64,000 bases of DNA from Barthelona sp. PCE (taxonomy: Eukaryota). The position numbers were made by a program, and so were the translations under genes. The stretch is taken from positions 1,116,001 to 1,180,000 of the forward strand of contig JAUFOR010000004.1 of the NCBI GenBank assembly GCA_040285745.1, given 5' to 3'. This document shows, one piece after another, positions 1 through 10,270 of this stretch; the stretch's first letter is position 1; each line of letters opens with the position of its first letter. Under the pieces are notes generated by a model. The model was not told where the DNA came from. It made no database searches and was given only the letters and a program-made list of their open reading frames with translations.

Positions 1-307
1 CAAATCACCAGGAATCTCTTCAGCATGTAATGCACAATATTTGACTTTGGGTACTGAAGACGAGATAACTTTTGTTGATGTAAGACAACCTGGTACCGTT
101 GCACATCTTTCTATCCCCAATTTGACACCAAGGATGTTAAGAACAGATGGGAAACATACTTATGGAGCGAGTAATGATAATGAGTTGTTTTGCCTTCGGG
201 GAACACGTATCATTTCCAGGATACGGTTAGGTAATTCAGTTAACGCAATGCATTGTAATGCTGGGCTGTTTTCAGTAGCTTGTGATAATGAGTTGTATTT
301 GTTCTAA
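1..307 (+). CDS. 3' end of a probable WD40/beta-propeller protein (5'-truncated by the window edge)
   Basis: Frame is open from the window start. It has WD-like segments (ITFVDVRQP, VNAMHCN..FSVACDNELYLF) and ends at TAA 305-307. Confidence 0.5.
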   Translation, partial: KSPGISSACNAQYLTLGTEDEITFVDVRQPGTVAHLSIPNLTPRMLRTDGKHTYGASNDNELFCLRGTRIISRIRLGNSVNAMHCNAGLFSVACDNELYLF

Positions 308-342
308 GCTTGTGTGTTTGTAAATTGTATGAATTTTTTTTT

Positions 343-978
343 TTATTTCTTGCTGAATAATTCATGTTCATTGAAAATTAAAGCACCAGTACCTTCAATG
401 AATTCACGTGTGTTAACTTTGATCTTCAAATCTACTTCACCACCACCCATAAAAAATGAACTATGTGGTATATCCAAGACCTTTTGATCAATAATTATTG
501 GAACAGGTTGTCGCATGCCGAATACTGTATGTGCATTGAATTGATATCCAGTAAGTTCAGCGGCTGTCTCAGGTTCTACTGCACGCAATTTAAAATTTGA
601 TTTAACTGATCTATTAAAATTTCCTGGATGATAACCTATGAAGTTACGCAATTGTTGTGTGTTTAACTTTGATGTGTATTGAGTGATTACAGCGTAGTAT
701 CTGCACCAGTGGGGATGTTCCATGAAGTCTTCATCTCCATTATATAAAACGTTTTCGAAAAACAAGGTTTTGCACAATTGCACTTCAGATTGTGCCTTTA
801 ACGATTCTTTACGCCATGAGTATGGCATGTTGTAGTATATGCTGGGGACTCTGTACAAACGGGCACTTGGAACCTTTGCTTTTGCGTCCTGGATAGCTCG
901 AAGACCATCTCCGTTAATAATGTATTCCAAATCTTCAATTCGTTGATCAATGGTGGATTCTCGTACTGGATCAGTCAT
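343..978 (-). CDS. YbaK/ProX-type aminoacyl-tRNA editing (deacylase) domain protein
   Basis: LCKTLFFEN (YbaK Lys motif), ELTGYQFNAHTVFGM, PIIIDQKV, FFMGGGEVDLK. Confidence 0.8.
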   Translation of the reverse strand: MTDPVRESTIDQRIEDLEYIINGDGLRAIQDAKAKVPSARLYRVPSIYYNMPYSWRKESLKAQSEVQLCKTLFFENVLYNGDEDFMEHPHWCRYYAVITQYTSKLNTQQLRNFIGYHPGNFNRSVKSNFKLRAVEPETAAELTGYQFNAHTVFGMRQPVPIIIDQKVLDIPHSSFFMGGGEVDLKIKVNTREFIEGTGALIFNEHELFSKK

Positions 979-1297
979 TACAGTGGTTAAAAACTTAGTG
1001 AAAGAGGTGATTTGTGTAATTTCAAGAAGGTAATGGGTAGAGTTTTTTGTGTTCTAGTCACATGCTTCAGCCCCTTCTAAATGATGTGTTCTCCACAATA
1101 CTGAACGAAATTTTAATATTTATTCAAAAAAGTACTCTTTTTTTTGAATGTTTTGTTATTGTACAGATTTAAGGTACATTTTTGTTGAATGTTCCAGATA
1201 AAGTTATTATACTATGATTAGAAGTGTGTGTATACGCAATGTATATTATGCATACGTTTTTTTCATTCTTACCCATATCACAGATTATTCAACAAAA

Positions 1298-2266
1298 ATG
1301 ACGTTTAGGGGTCAGTCAATGAATATTTCAGACCTCATATCTCATTGTAACAAAATATTGCAGGCAGATCTGTCGACAACATCACACTTTGCTGATGGTG
1401 TAGCATTAACACAACTCCTGGACTCAGTAGTGTGGATGCGCGGTGATAAAACTTTGATGCGTCTGCGTGTTCCATGTCAGAGCGATCAGCATCGTCGACG
1501 TAACTTCATGCAGCTTTTCTCTTTGATGATGGCTCTTGATATTAAAGCACCATCAGTTGAAGTCGACGACTTAGTGTCTCATTCTAAGCAGAAGAAGGCA
1601 ATTCCACTCTTGGGTAGTATTTTGTTAAAATTTGCAGTCCAGCATCAGCATAACGTCTTTTATCCTGCATTGCAGCGCCGTATGGAGCTGTATCAGAAGC
1701 GAAAGGCCACATTGCCGACCTGTTTTGTGCCAAACGATCCATCTATGACTGAATTGGCAGCTAGTAATCTGGAAAACGGCATAACAACTGATGAACTACG
1801 AGAAGAAGCCATCAACCGTTTCACTCGTGATGTTGAAGAGTCTCTTTCTGAAGAGTATGAGTCTGAAGAGGAAGTTGTTGTTGTGCCGAGGAATGTAATC
1901 AATTCACCGGATAAGATTGCTACACCTGTTAGCACAGAACTCAAACCACCACACAACCCTCAACAGAATGAGATATCACCCCACAGCGCCCTATCCAAGC
2001 ACCAATTAGTGAATTTGTTGAGTAGTCGTATTCGTTCAACAATTGATGATCTTCACACACACGTAAACAGCGAACTTGAGCTGGCTGACCAATACCAATC
2101 GGAGATCATCCAATTGCGTGATGAAGTCGATTTTTATTTTGATAAAATCGTCACTATGGAAATTTATTGTGATGGATTTCCCAATTCTAACTATTCAGAA
2201 CCCTTATTAGAGATATTTCGAAAAAAACCTAAATGTTTTCTTCGTGCAAAATCAAGAAAAAGATAA
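1298..2266 (+). CDS. EB1/RP family microtubule end-binding-like protein (CH domain + EBH domain)
   Basis: N-terminal CH-like FADGVALTQLLD..RRNF. C-terminal LRDEVDFYFDKIVTMEIYC resembles EB1 ERDFYFGKLRxIE. Start placed at the ATG at 1298; the ORF track starts at 1214. Confidence 0.7.
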   Translation: MTFRGQSMNISDLISHCNKILQADLSTTSHFADGVALTQLLDSVVWMRGDKTLMRLRVPCQSDQHRRRNFMQLFSLMMALDIKAPSVEVDDLVSHSKQKKAIPLLGSILLKFAVQHQHNVFYPALQRRMELYQKRKATLPTCFVPNDPSMTELAASNLENGITTDELREEAINRFTRDVEESLSEEYESEEEVVVVPRNVINSPDKIATPVSTELKPPHNPQQNEISPHSALSKHQLVNLLSSRIRSTIDDLHTHVNSELELADQYQSEIIQLRDEVDFYFDKIVTMEIYCDGFPNSNYSEPLLEIFRKKPKCFLRAKSRKR

Positions 2267-2275
2267 TTAATATAA

Positions 2276-3904
2276 TTAGTAACCTAATGATGTAGTAATT
2301 TTTAGTTGTCTAATATTATCAGCAATGAGGGCATCAACACCTAACTCATACTGTTCCATGATTGTACGTTCAATATTATTGTCTGATCCAAAGGTGACCA
2401 AGAACAAACCATTGGATTTAGCTGTTTCTATGATTGCATCACGGTCTTCTTGCTTGAGAAGGACATCTGAGTGCAAGACAACACCATCTAAATTATTGGT
2501 GATAGCCCATTGTAGTGAGGCGAAAGTTGAATTTCTACGTTCATCATAAAATTCTCCTTCACATTCACTTAATAATAAAACTGGGAAGAATGGTTGTTTA
2601 ATCTTTAATAGTACAGCTAATTCAGGATCGAAAGTACTGAAATAAATTGGATTATTGACATTATGATTGAAGACGTTTTCTAACACCATATCAGCAAAAT
2701 CATTGCGTGCTGGATATGACCCGAGGCCAGATTTAACCTCTCTCTCAACAGGATACTTGAGCTCGATATTAAACCCAAAACCTGTGTTTGTAAAATGTTT
2801 GAATAACTGACTCAGTTCTAAGGCACGGTCACTGAGCACAAAGGGTCTATTCTTGGTCTCTGTCTCATCAAGTGTATGTCTAGCCTTGGATTGAAGATGC
2901 TCTGATACCTGCGCAAACTCTCCAAAATCGTTGAAAGAGATGGATTTATGGAAGGATGATGTGCGCATGCGGCCCTTCTTTGGCATCTGAGAAGGTACAT
3001 TTAATGAATTATTATCTTCTTCCTCAATATTTTCTTTTAAATCAGGTGAAGAAGAAATTCTCTTCAATAAATTGATTTTTGCGTCAAAGCGATCGATAAA
3101 CTGCTTGCGTGTCAGTGAACACACAGGTACATTATGACCGTTAGACATCTGAATGAAATAGTCGTGGAAAATCACAATAGCATCGTCCTTTGTTGGTTGT
3201 ACATCAAATTCAATCCAATTTGCACCGCTCTTCCGTGCCATATCGAAACTGAGAACAGTATTTTCAGCGAAAGGAGTTCTATGATTGGTATGTCTTGAAG
3301 AATTACCCGAACCACGATGACCAATAAGCATACGGGGAGAAAGAAAAGGATGCCTAGTAAGGGGACGAAGGTATGGGTTCTTTTGGAATAGTTCGATACG
3401 GGAAAGCATAGATTTATGCATTTTAACCAAAGCTTCAGAAGCAGTTAAGAAACTAAAATTTGGAAATTGAAAAGGTTTTGCAACGAAATAACTTAGAGTA
3501 AGGATACCGACGACACTGGGGAGAGCCATTGTTGTTAGAAGAGGTCTTCTAATACATCCTCTGCAGTCACCAAACGTAGGGAAATCCGTTTCAATAAAAT
3601 GAGATAACATAGCTTTGGATTCATCATTAGCGGTTACTTTGATGATGAAATCAAAACCCTCTTCAAGATATACTGGAATACAATACCAATTGTACACAGG
3701 TTGTGTTTTGCATATGTTTTCGGGGTACTTGACATTGTACTCAAGGGGTATGTGCCCGGGGAGACGATGGGATATTAATGTAAAGATAAGATCGTCATTA
3801 TTAACTGAAGAATTTGAATAACGCACCTGCAATGGTGGAACTTCCTCATCTGAGTAAATATTTGGGCGGCCCCCAAGTCGGATAAAGAGATGGTGCAGAA
3901 CCAT
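2276..3904 (-). CDS. Glycerophosphodiester phosphodiesterase (GDE5/GPCPD1-like)
   Basis: IGHRGSG, AENTVLSF, IEFDVQPTKDDAIVIFHD, FNIELKYP, FSTFDP, GVDALIAD. First ATG is at 3904. Confidence 0.9.
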   Translation of the reverse strand: MVLHHLFIRLGGRPNIYSDEEVPPLQVRYSNSSVNNDDLIFTLISHRLPGHIPLEYNVKYPENICKTQPVYNWYCIPVYLEEGFDFIIKVTANDESKAMLSHFIETDFPTFGDCRGCIRRPLLTTMALPSVVGILTLSYFVAKPFQFPNFSFLTASEALVKMHKSMLSRIELFQKNPYLRPLTRHPFLSPRMLIGHRGSGNSSRHTNHRTPFAENTVLSFDMARKSGANWIEFDVQPTKDDAIVIFHDYFIQMSNGHNVPVCSLTRKQFIDRFDAKINLLKRISSSPDLKENIEEEDNNSLNVPSQMPKKGRMRTSSFHKSISFNDFGEFAQVSEHLQSKARHTLDETETKNRPFVLSDRALELSQLFKHFTNTGFGFNIELKYPVEREVKSGLGSYPARNDFADMVLENVFNHNVNNPIYFSTFDPELAVLLKIKQPFFPVLLLSECEGEFYDERRNSTFASLQWAITNNLDGVVLHSDVLLKQEDRDAIIETAKSNGLFLVTFGSDNNIERTIMEQYELGVDALIADNIRQLKITTSLGY

Positions 3905-4459
3905 TAGGCTCAATGGGGTGTGAAAGGGGAGATAATACTAATACTATAACTTCAAGGGTTTCTCAACGTTTATTGTGGGTACCCAGGTGTTATTATCATA
4001 TAGTGGACCATGTGAAGGTTGTGGACTTTGGTCTGTTCACATAGAAACGCTAAGATGGTGCTCCTCTTTACAATGTCTTTGGTGCGATTCTATGTTTGCA
4101 CAGCCTTAACAGTGCAATTAATATGCCACCAACGAGCGGAATTTATCGAATGATATAGATTTCTCCAGAATTCTCTTTTTGAGCTTGAAGACGTGGTCTG
4201 ACTGAAATTTTGACATGGTTTACACCACATTTATGCAATTTTGAAAGCATTTCTACGTATTTAGCGATAGTTGAGTGTTTCAATCTGATTTTTTCACCGA
4301 TTTCTCTTCATTGTTTTGAGTTATGACACTTTGACATCATTGCACAGCCGACTCTCCAAGAAAAGCAGCTCTCATATGTAAACTTATATTGTATTACAGA
4401 GTACCAAAGCAGTATTCGATTTTTCAACTTTTTTACCGTTTTTCCCTTAAATAATAGCA

Positions 4460-7168
4460 ATGAAGACTGTTTTAATTACTGGTGGAGCTGGTAACATTAG
4501 CTATGCACTTGCTTCCCAAGTTGCTTCTGGCTCTCTCCTCGGTGACGAAGAGATTGAGCTTCGTCTTTTTGACATTGCACGTGCTGAGCAAGCACTCCAG
4601 GGCGCCGTCATGGAGCTCGAGGACTGCTGCAGCACTGTCACAACAAAGGTTATTGGTACCATTGATCCTGAAACTGCTTTCAAGAACATTGATGTCGCCA
4701 TCTTTGTTGGTGGATTCCCCCGTCTTCCAGGAATGAAGCGTTCCGATCTTTTGGAGAAAAACGCTGAAATTTTCAAGCAACAGGGTGAATATCTTCAGCT
4801 TTATGCTAAGAACACTTGTCTTTGTGTTGTCATTGCCAACCCCTGCAACACTAACATGACCATCCTTGCCTCCCAGGCTACAAAGATTCCCCTTCGTAAC
4901 TTTACTTCACTTTCACGTTTGGACCTCAACCGTGCTCGTGGTATGATTGCACGTAAGATGAACCGTAATCCCAATGAAGTGCACTCCATGCTCGTCTGGG
5001 GTAACCACTCCTCTACACAGGTTGCCTCTGTTGAGCAAGCTTGGATCATGGAAGATGGAGTCAAGACACCTGTTAATGATATTGTTGATCAAGAATATAT
5101 CAAGAACGATTTCATTGCTGACGTTGCTGGTCGTGGTGCTGCTGTACTTCAGACTCGTGGTGCTTCTTCCGCTACTTCCGCTGCTCGTGCCATCCTTGAT
5201 CACACTCGTGATTGGATGATTGGTACCAAGCCTGGTGAGTTCACATGTATGGGTATCATCACTGATGGTCTCCTCTACGGTCTCCCTGCTGGTATTGCTT
5301 TCTCTCTCCCCGTCGTCTGTCTTGGTAACGGTGAGATTAAGGTTGTTGATAACCTCAAGCTTCCTGATTGGATCCGCGCAAAGCTGAACCTTTCTGCACA
5401 GGAACTTGTTCAGGAGAAGAGCCAAGCTGCTCCTTTCTTAACCGACCGTGATCTCCGTAACTTTACTCTTCAGCACTGCCGTATTGAGGATGTTGAATAC
5501 CTCGGTGTTGTTCCTTTCGAACACAAGCCTATTGTTCTCGCAGACTCCATCTTCAACAAGGATCTTGGTTTTACCATGGCTGAGCGTGAAGCCCTGGGTA
5601 TCACTGCTTTCCTTCCTCCTCGCGTTGAAACCCTTGAGGAACAAGTCCAACGTTGTCACAAGGCTATGGAGATGCTCTGCCCTGAACCTCTTCAGAAGTT
5701 TGTCTATCTTCGTCACTTGAGCGATACAAACGAGAACCTATTTTACGCTGTCCTTCAATCTCGCCCTGTCGAACTTCTTCCTATCGTCTACACACCTATT
5801 GTTGGTGCTGCTTGTGTCAACTGGTCAACCATCTGGCCCAATCACAGCCGTGGTCTCTACCTCAACAAGTCTCACAAGGGTCGTATTCGCTATATCCTCC
5901 AGCAATGGCCCCGTCGTGTAGATGGTATCGTCGTCTCTGATGGTTCCCGTATCCTCGGTCTCGGTGATATTGGTTCAAACGGTATGGGTATTCCCATTGG
6001 AAAGGGTAACCTCATTGTTGCAGGTGGAACTTTTGACCCCGCACACTTCCTTCCCATTATGTTTGATCTTGGTACTCGTACTGAAAAGGTTCGCGATGAT
6101 CCTCTTTACCTTGGTCTCCGTGAAGAGAAACTCTCTGAAGTTGAGATCCTTGAGTTAATGGATGAATTTGTTGATGCCATCTTTACTGTCTGGCCTCACG
6201 TTCTTCTTCAGTGGGAGGATTTCTCTAATGACATCGCTTTCACCCTCCTTAACCGTTACCGTCTTCGTCGTACTTTCAACGATGATATCCAAGGTACTGG
6301 TTGTGTTGTCACTGCTTCTATGATCAACTCCGTTAGGCTTTCTGGTATTGACTGGAAGGATCACAAATTCCTCTTCTTCGGCGCTGGTTCAGCCGGTGTT
6401 GGTGTTGCTGATGTTATTGCTTCTGAACTCGCAAAGCAAGTTGGTATTTCATTTGAGGAAGCCCGTAAGCATTTCTACCTCTTTGACTCCAAGGGTCTTG
6501 TTTCATCTACTCGTGGCGGTCGTGCTCTTGCTCAGCACAAGATTCCTTATGCTCACGGTTTCTTTGACCATGAGTGTCCTACTTTCGAAGAAGCTGTTGA
6601 AATGCTCAAGCCTACAGCTCTTGTTGGTCTGGGAACTATCCCTGATGTCTTCACTAAGGAGATTGTCGAGAGCATGTGTGATTACATGCCCGAGACCACT
6701 CGCCCCATCATCTTTGCTTTATCCAACCCTACTTCAAAGATTGAGATCACTTCCACCAACGCCGTAAACTGGTCAAACGGTCGTGCTATCTATGCTTCTG
6801 GTTCTCCTCAACCCGTTGTTGAACTCAACGGTGTTAAGAACGTTCCTTCACAGGCTAACAACTTCTATGTATTCCCTGGTATTGCATTTGGTGCCGCACT
6901 TTCTGGTGCTTCCACTATTTCTGATGAAGTCTTTGTTATGGCTGCTGAAGCTCTTGCTGATATGGTTACTGAAGAGGACCTTGCTGTTTCTTCCACACTT
7001 CCTGATATTTCCAATATTAAATCCATTTCTGCTGCTATTGCTGCTAGAATTTCTCGCTTTGTTGTTGAGAATGGTCTTTCAACTGTGGATCTCGGATGGC
7101 CAGAGGATGGAAACCTTGATAAGTATCTGGAGATTGCTCTCGAGAGACAATGGTCTCCAAAGTATTAA
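4460..7168 (+). CDS. Malate dehydrogenase - malic enzyme fusion protein (902 aa)
   Basis: aa ~1-328 is a cytosolic-type MDH (ITGGAGNISY, GGFPRLPGMKRSDLL, IANPCNTN, SRLDLNRA, WGNHSSTQ). aa ~355-902 is a malic enzyme (PIVYTP, DGSRILGLGD, GIPIGK, QWEDF, FNDDIQGTG, GAGSAGVG, ALSNPT). There is no stop between them. Confidence 0.95.
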   Translation: MKTVLITGGAGNISYALASQVASGSLLGDEEIELRLFDIARAEQALQGAVMELEDCCSTVTTKVIGTIDPETAFKNIDVAIFVGGFPRLPGMKRSDLLEKNAEIFKQQGEYLQLYAKNTCLCVVIANPCNTNMTILASQATKIPLRNFTSLSRLDLNRARGMIARKMNRNPNEVHSMLVWGNHSSTQVASVEQAWIMEDGVKTPVNDIVDQEYIKNDFIADVAGRGAAVLQTRGASSATSAARAILDHTRDWMIGTKPGEFTCMGIITDGLLYGLPAGIAFSLPVVCLGNGEIKVVDNLKLPDWIRAKLNLSAQELVQEKSQAAPFLTDRDLRNFTLQHCRIEDVEYLGVVPFEHKPIVLADSIFNKDLGFTMAEREALGITAFLPPRVETLEEQVQRCHKAMEMLCPEPLQKFVYLRHLSDTNENLFYAVLQSRPVELLPIVYTPIVGAACVNWSTIWPNHSRGLYLNKSHKGRIRYILQQWPRRVDGIVVSDGSRILGLGDIGSNGMGIPIGKGNLIVAGGTFDPAHFLPIMFDLGTRTEKVRDDPLYLGLREEKLSEVEILELMDEFVDAIFTVWPHVLLQWEDFSNDIAFTLLNRYRLRRTFNDDIQGTGCVVTASMINSVRLSGIDWKDHKFLFFGAGSAGVGVADVIASELAKQVGISFEEARKHFYLFDSKGLVSSTRGGRALAQHKIPYAHGFFDHECPTFEEAVEMLKPTALVGLGTIPDVFTKEIVESMCDYMPETTRPIIFALSNPTSKIEITSTNAVNWSNGRAIYASGSPQPVVELNGVKNVPSQANNFYVFPGIAFGAALSGASTISDEVFVMAAEALADMVTEEDLAVSSTLPDISNIKSISAAIAARISRFVVENGLSTVDLGWPEDGNLDKYLEIALERQWSPKY

Positions 7169-7200
7169 TCAAAAATTGATTAACTGTATTGTTTATTATC

Positions 7201-7821
7201 TTAACACTTAATAAAAGAAAAAAATTGTTCCGGTACACCAAAACAAGCTGCTTGAATTTCTTCAAAGGGTTTTATAGTATATTCCTTCATTTCTTCTGAA
7301 ATAAAACCTCCTGCACAAGTTAAAATGTGTTCATGATGTAAAAGATGATTGAAAACTGCTTGATCAAACTCTTTAAACTTGATTTCATCAACTGATGAGT
7401 GTAATGTTAGTAATTGATTCTCCACATCAAATACTGACCATCCATTGACAACATGTAGTGAGGAATTAGAATAGGACTCTAAATAGCGACGTACAGTTTC
7501 ACGATCCTTAGGTTTAGGGCGCACCTCAATGCCTTCTGGGGTCTGTTTTACAACAAGTTGATCAAAACAAACAACAAAAGTGTCGGGACTAAAAGTGTTA
7601 GAATTTAAAATACTGCCCAGTTTTTCATTTGAGATACGCTTTGTAAGATGCTGTACATCTTCAATGGTGCGGCATGGGGTACTGTTTAAGTCAGTTTCAT
7701 CGAATTCTGAGGAATAAAATTCACCAAGCTGAAATTCAGAGGGTGGTAATAGCTGACCAAACATCTTCTTGATGAATGCTTGGCGCCAGCGTGACGTTGT
7801 TCCAAAACAAATGTTTTTCAT
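7201..7821 (-). CDS. Maf/YhdE-like nucleoside triphosphate pyrophosphatase
   Basis: FGTTSRWR (Maf S-x-S-x-x-R start), EFDE, VVCFDQLVV, PKPKD, CAGGF. Confidence 0.75.
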   Translation of the reverse strand: MKNICFGTTSRWRQAFIKKMFGQLLPPSEFQLGEFYSSEFDETDLNSTPCRTIEDVQHLTKRISNEKLGSILNSNTFSPDTFVVCFDQLVVKQTPEGIEVRPKPKDRETVRRYLESYSNSSLHVVNGWSVFDVENQLLTLHSSVDEIKFKEFDQAVFNHLLHHEHILTCAGGFISEEMKEYTIKPFEEIQAACFGVPEQFFSFIKC

Positions 7822-8132
7822 TAACTACTAAAAGGAGTAACAAAACTAAATACGGGCATCCTTGAAACAAGGCCCATTAATCACGTCAAACGATGCCCTA
7901 CAACAAAAAAAGGGAATGTACAAAAATATACAACGTAGTAAAGTGAAGAAATGAAAAGTTAACTATATTGTGTCACAGAATATTTTTAAGAAGTATCATG
8001 ATGTGGCACGGGTACATATCGGGTGATTTGTGATGGATACGAAGATGTTTAACATGCAAATCCGAGAAGAAGTGTACTTGTTCCGTTTTAAGCCATTAAA
8101 CCTTATCCTATCTTTCTACGCCCATTAAAGGC

Positions 8133-8960
8133 ATGCCCGACTTTGACAAGCTGCTGGACGAGGCCCTAGAGCCCACAAAACCAAAAGAATCTCGTGTAGA
8201 AGCAGAGCCTACTGAAAAGATGTTAGAAGACTTGTTAGATGATCGTTTAGCCCGTGCAAAGCGAGCTAAACGGGCCTCTGAATTGGCCTTGGGAAACGGG
8301 AATCAAGCAACAAAGAAGAGCAATGATTTCTTGCAGAATCAAATAGCAAATGATCAGAATCCATCTCAAACGGTGCAAATTCAGGACGTCATGGACGGAA
8401 ACCCACCAAACAGCCCTTTTGCTAATTCTTCTACAATGTCATCTGTTGGTTCAACAAAGAATTTATTGGACGATGAATTATTGAGTCCTTCATCTTCTGC
8501 CACAAGTGTGTTTCTGTCGGTGTTGCAGGAGGACGAAAGGAAAGAAGATCTTAGCGCAACGCCAAGGAAGTTTGCAAAATTCCTACGTCAATTGGATGTA
8601 TCACAAGATAAACCAACATTGAACCTTCAGTTTGAGCTTGATCACACGGAAGATTTTCTGGACAAGCTGTTACAAAGTTTTGAAATGTTGAATGATAAAC
8701 ATAAATCATATTTTTTAAAAAATCTGAAAAAAACTCAAGGTTATCAATTTTTTTGGAAATATTTAGTTTTTCTTTATTGTTTCTCATCCAGATTCTTAAT
8801 GGATGATTTAACTTTTTTTGAAAATTTATTTCTTGATATTTATCAAAAATTAAAAACTTTGTTATTATTTGATGAATTTAATAATGATGTTTCTATGTTT
8901 GATTTGTCAACAGAATTGTACGATAGCTTTCTTTTACGGTTACAAAATGATGGTTGTTAA
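8133..8960 (+). CDS. Hypothetical protein (disordered N-half, helical C-half)
   Basis: 275-aa ATG-initiated ORF after a pyrimidine-rich leader. No family recognised. Confidence 0.6.
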   Translation: MPDFDKLLDEALEPTKPKESRVEAEPTEKMLEDLLDDRLARAKRAKRASELALGNGNQATKKSNDFLQNQIANDQNPSQTVQIQDVMDGNPPNSPFANSSTMSSVGSTKNLLDDELLSPSSSATSVFLSVLQEDERKEDLSATPRKFAKFLRQLDVSQDKPTLNLQFELDHTEDFLDKLLQSFEMLNDKHKSYFLKNLKKTQGYQFFWKYLVFLYCFSSRFLMDDLTFFENLFLDIYQKLKTLLLFDEFNNDVSMFDLSTELYDSFLLRLQNDGC

Positions 8961-9205
8961 CAAAAAAGAAATGTGAAAGAAAAAAATGTGAAAGAAATTC
9001 GGTTACATTTAACCAGGGGAGTAATACACTGTTTTTTGTGTGATTTTTAACCCAAATATTTCTATTCTGTAAGCATTTCATAGCATCAATAGTTTTCGTT
9101 GAAGAAGATAGCAATTTAGTAAAGGAAAAGGTACGAAAAGTTTATTAATGTTTGCTATACTAATGATTGCTATTGTTGATAATACATTATTTAATCACCA
9201 ATTGA

Positions 9206-10270
9206 TTAGAGCTGATCATCAATGGAAGATTTTTGAGGGAAAGTTTGGACAGTGGACCACTCTTTACGTAAACAAATGTTCTTAGTACGGCCAGAAAGAC
9301 TGTCAACATAAGCCTGCATGGCAGCAGTAAGAGGGAAGAAAATGGCAAAAATATAAAAAAAGAAGTTAACGAACCAAAGAGAGATATCTCCGGTAAAGTT
9401 AGGGTTAGAAATCATCATAACTTTTTCTTTGCCCATACCATCAAGTGAAACAGTGCGGTCAGATTCGAATTTTTTATCTCTATGTTTGATAGAATTTTGG
9501 AATTCTCTGTAAAAATGAGTTTCAGCATTTGCAGATTGAGGATCGGCAGGTTTAATAGAATAAGTCAAGTGAATTTCAACCAAGGGAGTTGTAGGATCAA
9601 GAAGGAAATCAGATCTTTGATTTGTGGTTCTAAAATCCATATATTCAAATTGTTTACGCTCATCTGCTGTAACAACCTTCGACTCATAAGTTGCGACACG
9701 ACCATCACTACCACGAATAGGCTTGCCATCAGGTCCGTTCATAGTCTTTGTTTCCTCATGATAAGCGGTACAGTGATATGAAATTCGGGGTTTGGACATA
9801 ACGCAAAGATCATAGAAATGACGGATACCGTTCATTCCACCGCGAATGCAGCAAAGACGTTTGTTGCTGGGAATACAAAGGTTGATACTCCATCCATAGC
9901 ACACAACAAGAAGCAGATAAATGCTCCAATGTTGGCCATTCAGCATAAACAAAACAACCATAGATAGTGTCAGGATGATGTCATAAGCAAGGGTGCTTGT
10001 AATAGAAAGATCGGAGTCGCGACCAGTTGCGGCTTTGGTCTGATTGTATGCGATGATTGCAATCACATCAGGACCAAGAAGGAATATGGTGCACAATATA
10101 GCGAGTATTGTTCCCATTGTTCCCATTAGGTCACTTAGCGATTGACCAGAAAAAGCGCAAAAAATGGCAGTTAAAGAACTAAGGATATTTAGACCTACAA
10201 CTATATGTCCGAAGAATGGAAATAGATCGTAGATGGTCTTAGGGTTCACGGATTGTGGTTCAGGATGCAT
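9206..10270 (-). CDS. TMEM151-like multi-pass membrane protein
   Basis: Four N-terminal hydrophobic segments, then PRISYHCTAYHEE..KVVT..F.Y.DF and a C-terminal TM hairpin, as in the TMEM151 family. First ATG is at 10270. Confidence 0.6.
   Translation of the reverse strand: MHPEPQSVNPKTIYDLFPFFGHIVVGLNILSSLTAIFCAFSGQSLSDLMGTMGTILAILCTIFLLGPDVIAIIAYNQTKAATGRDSDLSITSTLAYDIILTLSMVVLFMLNGQHWSIYLLLVVCYGWSINLCIPSNKRLCCIRGGMNGIRHFYDLCVMSKPRISYHCTAYHEETKTMNGPDGKPIRGSDGRVATYESKVVTADERKQFEYMDFRTTNQRSDFLLDPTTPLVEIHLTYSIKPADPQSANAETHFYREFQNSIKHRDKKFESDRTVSLDGMGKEKVMMISNPNFTGDISLWFVNFFFYIFAIFFPLTAAMQAYVDSLSGRTKNICLRKEWSTVQTFPQKSSIDDQL

Noticed and set aside
4118-4216. 32-aa minus-strand ORF upstream of the GDPD gene as a missing CBM20 exon
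   Set aside because: No similarity to CBM20 and no splice signals. The GDPD ATG at 3904 has its own upstream pyrimidine motif.
4472-7265. Many overlapping alternative-frame and antisense ORFs over the MDH-ME gene
   Set aside because: Shadow ORFs caused by strong codon bias; no recognisable protein features.
8961-9060. Duplicated aaatgtgaaaga and a short in-frame continuation after the stop of 8133-8960
   Set aside because: Low-complexity AT-rich sequence with no evidence of coding or element structure.
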